DNA from: a virus
Length of the DNA stretch: 64,000 nucleotides
Strand: one strand, 5' to 3'
IMG/VR virus record: IMGVR_UViG_3300029852_000171
Coordinates: 1,103 to 65,102 of that record
A program made the position numbers and the translations under genes. Positions 57,180 to 64,000 of this stretch are shown here, one piece after another. Each line of letters begins with the position of its first letter. Within the stretch, counting starts at the first letter, position 1. Below the pieces are notes generated by a model. It was not told the origin of the DNA, did no database searches, and saw only the letters and a program-made list of their open reading frames with translations.

Positions 57180-57368
57180 TTACACTCCCTTTCGTTTGTC
57201 ACGAGGGCGCTCCTGCCCACGCAGGCTGCGCAACAGTCTCATGGGGGCGCCCTCCTCAACCATATAATAATGATGCCGTTTTGAGTCGCTCTTCATCGTG
57301 CGCACAATGTGAACACGGGGGAACTTCTCACGAATGGCCTCTTTTTCTGATAAAGTAATTGCAATCAC
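57180..57368 (-). CDS. Small basic hypothetical protein
   Basis: AAGGATG RBS, GTG start, 62 aa. Confidence 0.55.
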   Translation of the reverse strand: MIAITLSEKEAIREKFPRVHIVRTMKSDSKRHHYYMVEEGAPMRLLRSLRGQERPRDKRKGV

Positions 57369-57499
57369 TGAACTATCATCCTTTGCTTCAAATTTTTATT
57401 TTATAGATTTGCTTTTATCATTCATTACAACACCCCATCAAACACGCCCTTTTACCTTGTGGCACAACGGTTTGACGGGGGTACTTTTTGTAAACAGAT

Positions 57500-58267
57500 T
57501 CAATTTTTCAAAGCCTGTCTTCGGCGCATTACTGAATTTACAATCTGTCTTGTGTGAAGCTCCACAGCGCAGTTGGGACAATACTTTTGCGGACGGCCTT
57601 TGGCGGGCTCCTGCACCTTTACCGTCAGACCACAGTTCTCGCACTCAAAGTATTGTCCGCCATAATGCTTCATGTACTGATAGCCCAGGTTGCGGAAGTC
57701 CTGAATATGTATCGCTGTTTTACCGTTCTCCATAAAACACACCTGCACATTCAGGTTGTCAATCTTTTTGGAAAACCGAATAAAACCAGCACTGCGCAGT
57801 TCTGCGAACATAAGGCTCTGCCGTTTGATAGATGTATTGATATTCGCCATCTGCATAACTTCCTTATCGGAACTGTTGACCCAATGATTGTTCTTGTCGG
57901 ATGCGGCGTCCCAGTACTTGGCAACACACAACAGCGTGAATGCTAATCGCCGAAGCTGCTTTCCTTCAAGCGACTCAATCTTTCGCAGTTCGTTCTCGGT
58001 GATGTCAACCCCATCCAACCGAATCAATGGGAACTTGGCGACATTCTTTGTCAGCTTATCCAGAATATCCGACCACTGGACAAGCGAAACGGACGGGTCG
58101 CACTGCAGCATAAAGGAGTCGAGCAGCCGCCGAATCTCTTTTTTGCTGTATTGGTTCGCATAGTAGTATCTTGAAATGCGGTTAAGCGTCTCCACGGGTT
58201 TCTGCCCAAGCTCGTGGTTGTTCAACATTCTCTCCGCCCAGTCATATTCGTTAAGAACAATGCTCAT
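57500..58267 (-). CDS. Hypothetical protein with C-terminal zinc ribbon
   Basis: CENCG...KYCPNC; overlaps the RNAP stop; GGAGG RBS. Confidence 0.65.
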   Translation of the reverse strand: MSIVLNEYDWAERMLNNHELGQKPVETLNRISRYYYANQYSKKEIRRLLDSFMLQCDPSVSLVQWSDILDKLTKNVAKFPLIRLDGVDITENELRKIESLEGKQLRRLAFTLLCVAKYWDAASDKNNHWVNSSDKEVMQMANINTSIKRQSLMFAELRSAGFIRFSKKIDNLNVQVCFMENGKTAIHIQDFRNLGYQYMKHYGGQYFECENCGLTVKVQEPAKGRPQKYCPNCAVELHTRQIVNSVMRRRQALKN

Positions 58268-60995
58268 TGAATTCCTCCAGTCTTTTTTGTCTCAGGGTAA
58301 AGCGATTCCCACAGAACACGATTTCTCCGGCGGGGTCGATAGTCGGATAAGAAATCAATCCCTCGTGCTTGTTCAGCAGATTGCAGATGATTTCATTTCC
58401 GCACATCTCCCATGCAAACCGTTTGGTCGAGCTCTTCCGGTAGCAAATGTCCAATACGATGTCGCACAGGGCAAACCGATTGGAGCAAATCTTGCTGCAC
58501 TCCTGCTCAAACTCAGTGCGCATTTCCATCATCTTTGAGAAGGTGTCATACTCGTCTACTCTTTCGTAGTTCGCAAACACAGCATAGCTGCGCAGCCGGT
58601 GGTTATAATTCTCATACAGCTTCAGAATTGCGTTGTACTGTGAACGGGTATAAGCGGTGCCGCTTTTCATAACGGTGTAGTCAAACTCCGTCTCTGCACT
58701 GTGCCGTCCGAGATACCCGTCAAACTCTTGCTCGAAACGGCGGCATATCCGGTTCATCACACAGTCGTGATTACCCACGGGCATCCGGGACTCATAATAG
58801 CGGAGGAAATCCTTCTGCCGGTCACTCAGTTCGGTAGGCGGCAGCTCCAGCAATTCATCTACCGTCATCTGGAATTCACGCATGGCATTCTTATTGGTGT
58901 TTTTTATGTATGTATTGTACTGCTTCATCAGCGCAGGATAGATAATACGCATGAAATACGGTTTCTTATCCGCTACGATTTTCTGATAAAAGCGGCGCTT
59001 GACAGGCTCGTCAATGGTGTTGACGCTGTGGCGGTCGTGCCATTCTCTCGGCATGGGCTTGGCAATAATACCTTTTGCCTTGTCGATAGCATTCTGCTGG
59101 AACAATTGCCCGCACTTGATACGATAATCAAGCACTTCGTATTCCTCGCTGCCCTTTTTGAATTGCGCCCGCACATCAAACATGGAGGTAATCCAGTTTG
59201 TTGTTTTTCCGATATCGTCGCCGAAGCTGTCGATATTCGCCTGAATGAAGTCTGCCTCGGTGACGATTTTCTTTTTGGCATTATGCTGCACACACATCAG
59301 CGCAGGAAGTTCTCTCAGGTTGCGGACGAGAACATCGTTATCGGTCAGCATCACAAGGTCGCCATCTTTGTCCATGCCATTCAGGGCATGGGCAGCAGTG
59401 TCCCACGAATTGAAGATAGTGCAGGTCGTCATATATTGATACCAGTAAGCAGCCGCTTCGCTGTGATTCGGATACACCAGCCGAATGTTATTGTGGCAGG
59501 TCATTGGTGCTCGATAGCAGGCAAGCTTCTGCGTGCCCTGTCGGCACCAGTACTGGTTATAGATTTCACCGGCTTTCAGCAGTCCCGTCACCGGCATGGC
59601 AAAGATGTGCTGGCAGAGAGAATAGGGGTCGCCGGATACGATGGAATAATTTCCGTGTACCTTCAATACACCTACCTTTGCCTCATTGATGCGGTTCTTT
59701 ATCATCTGGTAGACGCTGCTCTGCACATAGGGGTCGTTGAGAATATGTGGTTCAATCATCAGTGCCTTTATGAAGTCATTTTCCATGCAGCCGACATTCT
59801 CTTCGTTCAGCCCTGCGCCTTTGAGAAACAGAACAGTCTTTACCCAATCTGCGTACAGCACATCCTTTATCTCATCCATCGTCGGCTTGATAAGTTGCTC
59901 CATATCCGCATCATCCAATTCATAACTCTGGATAAATTGGTAATTCAAGGTTCTTTCACTTTCCAGTTCTCTGGGACAAGTCTTCGCAACTCCGAAGGTA
60001 TAGCCGTTCCTGAGACAGTTCTGCACATAGTCATCGCAGCTGTCATAGGCGTCCCACAGCTTCAGCATGGATGTTGTCAGTATCAGTTCCACATTCCGCA
60101 CATCCACATCGTTACCCCATGCGTCCTTGACAATGTAAGTCCCTGCGATATTCTCGGCGAAGTCCAAAAAGTCAAAGGTAAATACCATACCCTTCTCCCA
60201 TGAGAATCTGGTGTTCACTCCGCTGACAAGATAGTCAAGTTCAAGCTCCTCTGACCAACGCCTTGCCAGAGATGGAAGCATCAGGCCATATCCGTCTGAC
60301 TCCTTAAGCTGCACCGTCGTTTGCTTACGCTCCTCCATCACAGGTTCGCCGTCGCCCTCATCGTTCAGGTAAATGATATCGGACAGGAACTCCGTCTCAC
60401 AGTCGCTCACCACCAGAATACCGTGCGGCATAGACACGGGGATGGATGCGCTGCAAGTCAATGCGTTATAAGCTTCCAGCTTGGCAGGCACCATCGCCTT
60501 TTCCATATTGCGACCGTTATTGATACGCCTGCGGATTTCATCTGCGTGCCGTTCGCTGACAAAGACAATCGTCTCATTCTTGACGCCGCCGTTCGTACCC
60601 AAGAGCCGCTGATACTTGATGCCGTTAATGCTGAATCCACGGCAAGCACGGTGGTAGTCTTTTTCCTTGTCGATGATTACGCACAGATAATCCGGCTTGA
60701 ACTGGATGGTGTCCAACTGCGCATAAAGCTGCTTGATACGGCGGCGGTTCTGCACACTGTTCTGCTCTTTGCGCAGGCGCCGAATTTCCATCTTGATTTC
60801 CTTCGCTCTGACCTCAGCATCGGTAATCCCGTTCAGCTCATCCAGCCAGCGCAATACCTGGCTGTCTGCAAGCGAAATGACCTCATCGTTTCGCCGCGCT
60901 TCCGCTATAGGCAGCGTCAGCTTCCACTTGGCCTTTCGCAGTCTGCTGCTATGCAGTTTGAAGATATACTTCTGACATACTAACTGTTTTGCCAG
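58251..60995 (-). CDS. YonO-like single-subunit RNA polymerase (RdRP-related double-psi beta-barrel)
   Basis: Catalytic GMDKDGD (DxDGD), SDGYG, EKGM, YRAP, IDKAKG motifs. Frame is open to 61001, with GAGGTG RBS 7 nt before CTG at 60995. Confidence 0.85.
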   Translation of the reverse strand: MAKQLVCQKYIFKLHSSRLRKAKWKLTLPIAEARRNDEVISLADSQVLRWLDELNGITDAEVRAKEIKMEIRRLRKEQNSVQNRRRIKQLYAQLDTIQFKPDYLCVIIDKEKDYHRACRGFSINGIKYQRLLGTNGGVKNETIVFVSERHADEIRRRINNGRNMEKAMVPAKLEAYNALTCSASIPVSMPHGILVVSDCETEFLSDIIYLNDEGDGEPVMEERKQTTVQLKESDGYGLMLPSLARRWSEELELDYLVSGVNTRFSWEKGMVFTFDFLDFAENIAGTYIVKDAWGNDVDVRNVELILTTSMLKLWDAYDSCDDYVQNCLRNGYTFGVAKTCPRELESERTLNYQFIQSYELDDADMEQLIKPTMDEIKDVLYADWVKTVLFLKGAGLNEENVGCMENDFIKALMIEPHILNDPYVQSSVYQMIKNRINEAKVGVLKVHGNYSIVSGDPYSLCQHIFAMPVTGLLKAGEIYNQYWCRQGTQKLACYRAPMTCHNNIRLVYPNHSEAAAYWYQYMTTCTIFNSWDTAAHALNGMDKDGDLVMLTDNDVLVRNLRELPALMCVQHNAKKKIVTEADFIQANIDSFGDDIGKTTNWITSMFDVRAQFKKGSEEYEVLDYRIKCGQLFQQNAIDKAKGIIAKPMPREWHDRHSVNTIDEPVKRRFYQKIVADKKPYFMRIIYPALMKQYNTYIKNTNKNAMREFQMTVDELLELPPTELSDRQKDFLRYYESRMPVGNHDCVMNRICRRFEQEFDGYLGRHSAETEFDYTVMKSGTAYTRSQYNAILKLYENYNHRLRSYAVFANYERVDEYDTFSKMMEMRTEFEQECSKICSNRFALCDIVLDICYRKSSTKRFAWEMCGNEIICNLLNKHEGLISYPTIDPAGEIVFCGNRFTLRQKRLEEFNEHCS

Positions 60996-61055
60996 ACTTG
61001 CTCACCTCACAGTTGTATTATATTTAATTGCTATGATAAGGAAAAAATAAAATCC

Positions 61056-61229
61056 TTACTCGTAGTCTTCGGCTGTATATTGAAACCATTCTCGGTAAAA
61101 GCGCATCCGCTCGCGCTCTATGTATCGTTCCAGCTCCGCTTCGTTTTCAAGCGGGTTCTCAAGAATCTCCTCCTGCTTGAGCCACAGCTCATCGGAATCT
61201 TCATATGTATAAGGGTAACTATTCTGCAA
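61056..61229 (-). CDS. 57-aa acidic small protein (not in ORF track)
   Basis: GGAGG RBS, TTG start overlapping the helicase-like gene end; MQNSYPYTYEDSDELW...TAEDYE. Confidence 0.6.
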   Translation of the reverse strand: MQNSYPYTYEDSDELWLKQEEILENPLENEAELERYIERERMRFYREWFQYTAEDYE

Positions 61230-62436
61230 TCGTCTTTCCTCCGTTCGTTGTGTCTATCCAATTTATGAGCAACTCTCTCATGCGCTTGCTCGGTATGTAT
61301 AGGTTAATGGGGCGGTCATCACGAATGGCGCTTCTCCATATCCACTGCAGCATCTCTGACAGTGCAAAGGCATCCGCATCAATAGTAATATTCTGGGCAT
61401 GGAAGAATTTCATGATGTTGGGGTCTGCAAACCGGTTGACCATGTATGCCACATCGGTACGGTCTTTGTACTCATTGGTCGCTCTGGCACTGGTCTGTAA
61501 AAAGTTCTTTCGGAACCTTCCTGTTTTGCTGTCCACCAGTTTGTTTACATCGCTCTTGTAGCAAGTCCACAGTCGTGTATCCTGACCACCACCTTGGACA
61601 CTTTGAAAGAACTTCTTCATGCCGTTTCGCAGCGTGCGAATCTCAGCGTTGTTATACCCCCGTTTGTCGTACCATGACTTGGACAGGGTATAAGTCTTGT
61701 CCCCAACAGCATTGAGTTTTGGGCTGTCCACAATATGTATCAGGTCGTGGTAATCCAAGGGCGGCGGTTCGTCCGGCCTGTCAGAGAATCGATAGCCATT
61801 GGCGTCGCTCTCCACACCAACTACTCTGTAGTCAAACCCGAAATAATCCAGGTATGCTTTCTGGTACTGTCCATTGAAAAGATAGGTCAACATGAACACT
61901 TCGTCAAATGAGCGAAGTAGTTCTGGATTGAGAATGTTCAGCAGCGCATTGTCCAGCCGGAATAGTGAGCGGGTGTTCGCCATCTCCTTGTAATCGCTAA
62001 ACCGCCCGGTGTACTCCTCATCTTTCCACTGGATGCATCCGTCTTCTAAAACTTCAGCGAGTTGTGTGACAATCAGGTCGAAATCCTTATCAGTGATATT
62101 CAACCTCTCTATCACCTGGATGCTCTCATCTACGATAAGAGAATAGTGCTTCTCTCGAATTAGCTTCAGCGCCTCGTCGTCCATCAGATAAAACAGCGAA
62201 TGCGTTGCGGAGACATTGTGTCCAAGACGAAGGTGCAGCTTCAACTCAGATGACTTGCTCATGTGGTCGCTGTCCGGCTGGTCAAAGTCGCAGCGTTCGC
62301 AGATACGCCCGACCTCGTCCAGATATGGGGTGATGTACAAAAACCGCTTGCTGTCCTTGTGTCGGTTCATGTAACGAATAGCTGCCGACGATTTACCTCT
62401 GCCCATACGGGCGTCAACAATAGTTATCTGGTTCAT
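61219..62436 (-). CDS. SF2 helicase-like P-loop protein
   Basis: DARMGRGKSS Walker A, LIVDES Walker B, QWIWRSAIR motif VI-like. Confidence 0.7.
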   Translation of the reverse strand: MNQITIVDARMGRGKSSAAIRYMNRHKDSKRFLYITPYLDEVGRICERCDFDQPDSDHMSKSSELKLHLRLGHNVSATHSLFYLMDDEALKLIREKHYSLIVDESIQVIERLNITDKDFDLIVTQLAEVLEDGCIQWKDEEYTGRFSDYKEMANTRSLFRLDNALLNILNPELLRSFDEVFMLTYLFNGQYQKAYLDYFGFDYRVVGVESDANGYRFSDRPDEPPPLDYHDLIHIVDSPKLNAVGDKTYTLSKSWYDKRGYNNAEIRTLRNGMKKFFQSVQGGGQDTRLWTCYKSDVNKLVDSKTGRFRKNFLQTSARATNEYKDRTDVAYMVNRFADPNIMKFFHAQNITIDADAFALSEMLQWIWRSAIRDDRPINLYIPSKRMRELLINWIDTTNGGKTIAE

Positions 62437-62724
62437 TTGGTGGTGTCATCACATCCTTTCTGCGTATTTTTGATTAACCAAACCATCCAAAAAATTTTAG
62501 GACACAAAAAAGCCGCTCGACTGGTTATACTGTCGCTATCAACGCAGCTCCTGTAACCTGCTTTGAGTAGCTTTTTTAATAGCTCTTTTTTCAAACTCCT
62601 CCTTCTTTATAACCTTTGAATCGAAAATCCTTGCAGCACAAGGACTTTCCAAAACGGCCAGGACACTCGGTGTGTCCTAACTTGTTTATCCGATATGCGA
62701 TTATCAAGGTGCAGCAGATGGTCA

Positions 62725-63552
62725 TCAGGCCATCAGAATCTCAGTCTCTCCAATGTCACTATCGACCAGATAGTTGTGATTGACGCTGCCGAGGTTGAGG
62801 TTCCGATAGGCTTCATCAATCTCTTCACTGGTAATACCGATGTAATCCAGAGTCTGAGCGGCGGTGGAGTGACCAAATATCTTCTGGAGAAGCAGCAGCT
62901 TGCGGGGGTCGTTACCACTCATCACCATCTGATGATAGGCGAAGGTCTTACGCAGTGTGTGGGTCGCCATACGATTACCAAGGCCAAGGTCTTTAGCGAT
63001 ACCCTTAAGCATAAGGTCAACGGCCTGCTTGCTGATAGGCTTGTTTTCGTTCACTCCATTATTGGACTGGCTGCGGAACATATAGTCGCTGAGATGAACA
63101 CCGGGCGTGTTTTCAAGATACAGAGTCACAGCTTCCACAACTGCTGTGTTAATGGTGATGTAGCGGTTGCGCTGACGCTTGCGGGTGTTTCTCGTCTTCT
63201 TCTCCAGAACCGGAAAGCGGTCGCGGAAAGTACAATCATCATTGATGATGTGAGTGAACCGAAGCATACGGAGGTCGCTGATACGAAGTCCAAAGTTGAT
63301 ACCAACAATGAACAGCATATTATCTCTGAACCGCTTTTGTCCAATCAGGAACTGAGAGATGCGGATGATGTCATCCATGCTCTTGATAGGTTCAGCGGAG
63401 TGCTCGACAGCAAGGTCGGTATGTACCTCTTCAGCAGCGGGGGCGATGAGGCCAGCCTTGAGCTTACGACAGCTCTGCTGGACGGTGGCGATGTCGATGA
63501 CAGATGAGGGCTTGGCCTCCTGTGTGAAGTCGATGTGGATTATCTTAGCCAT
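62725..63552 (-). CDS. Tyrosine recombinase
   Basis: GLRISDL, EKKT, HTLRKTF, GHS, LDYIG. Confidence 0.9.
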   Translation of the reverse strand: MAKIIHIDFTQEAKPSSVIDIATVQQSCRKLKAGLIAPAAEEVHTDLAVEHSAEPIKSMDDIIRISQFLIGQKRFRDNMLFIVGINFGLRISDLRMLRFTHIINDDCTFRDRFPVLEKKTRNTRKRQRNRYITINTAVVEAVTLYLENTPGVHLSDYMFRSQSNNGVNENKPISKQAVDLMLKGIAKDLGLGNRMATHTLRKTFAYHQMVMSGNDPRKLLLLQKIFGHSTAAQTLDYIGITSEEIDEAYRNLNLGSVNHNYLVDSDIGETEILMA

Positions 63553-63610
63553 CGTAGCTCTCCTTTCTCAATCAAAATGTAGTCTATTTAATTATCTTGA
63601 TTATACCGAT

Positions 63611-63639
63611 ATTATACCACATTCCTTTATGGAATGTAA
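63611..63639 (-). promoter_or_regulatory. Sigma-A promoter with palindromic operator upstream of the recombinase
   Basis: Minus strand TTACAT-17 nt-TATAAT with extended -10 TGG. ACATTCC-tttat-GGAATGT palindrome (63619-63637) covers the spacer and part of the -35. Confidence 0.55.
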
Positions 63640-64000
63640 GTATAATTAGTAGACAACATAGGGAAAATAGTGAAAAACAGAAGTATAAATAACAGGCGGC
63701 GTAGTTAAGCCCTTTTCTCTTTTGGACAAGTTGAATCCTCCTCACAAGCATCCACGCAAAGGGCTTAACCAATCATGTTCCTCTGGACATTCTTTGCCGA
63801 GAAAGCAAGTAAAATCAAGGTGTGTGGGGCTTGCAATAAAAAAGTGATGGTTTGGGTCAGATGAACCGACTACATCTGTTTGCGCTGTCGGCGGGGGCTG
63901 AAAAGACCATAACCACCCCCCCTACTTGCCATAGCACCGAAAAGGCAAGTAGAAACCACAGCGGCAACGGCGGCACGACAGGCGGCAAGCAAGGCGGGGA

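Larger units (their letters stand above)
12045..64000 (-). mobile_element. SPbeta-like siphovirus prophage (right end beyond window, left end approximate)
   Basis: Co-oriented lysis, tail, TMP, capsid, portal, terminase, HU and YonO-like RNAP genes in SPbeta-like order. Confidence 0.9.

Noticed and set aside
58701..60203. Long plus-strand ORFs (also 21644-22741, 23571-24470, 47346-48488, 55698-56384, 62695-63507)
   Set aside because: Antisense shadows of well-supported minus-strand genes, with no recognisable motifs.

Overview
Firmicutes (Clostridia-like) sequence in two parts. Positions 1-~12.0 kb are host DNA: a sortase-anchored LRR surface protein, a WYL pseudogene, an XRE regulator, a Dpp/Opp peptide ABC importer operon, an ABC exporter and a truncated radical-SAM/SPASM fragment. 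From ~12.05 kb to the window end is a large SPbeta-like siphovirus prophage, entirely on the minus strand. It carries lysis genes, fibre/baseplate genes, tail and head genes, terminase, HU, two tyrosine recombinases, three tRNAs, a metallophosphoesterase, a YonO-like single-subunit RNA polymerase and a helicase-like gene. The prophage has a complete diversity-generating retroelement (target gene with VR1, avd, TR, RT); all 19 TR-VR1 differences upstream of the IMH fall on TR adenines. The most unusual feature is a second variable repeat (VR2) 37 kb away. It is a 256-bp copy of the target gene's 3' end with no evident start codon or RBS, and has its own 14 adenine-only substitutions. It keeps the IMH and an IMH-pairing hairpin, and sits between a terminator and the tRNA cluster next to a tyrosine recombinase. 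It is a candidate silent DGR-diversified reserve cassette. Functional calls come from motif recognition and synteny only; no database searches were run.
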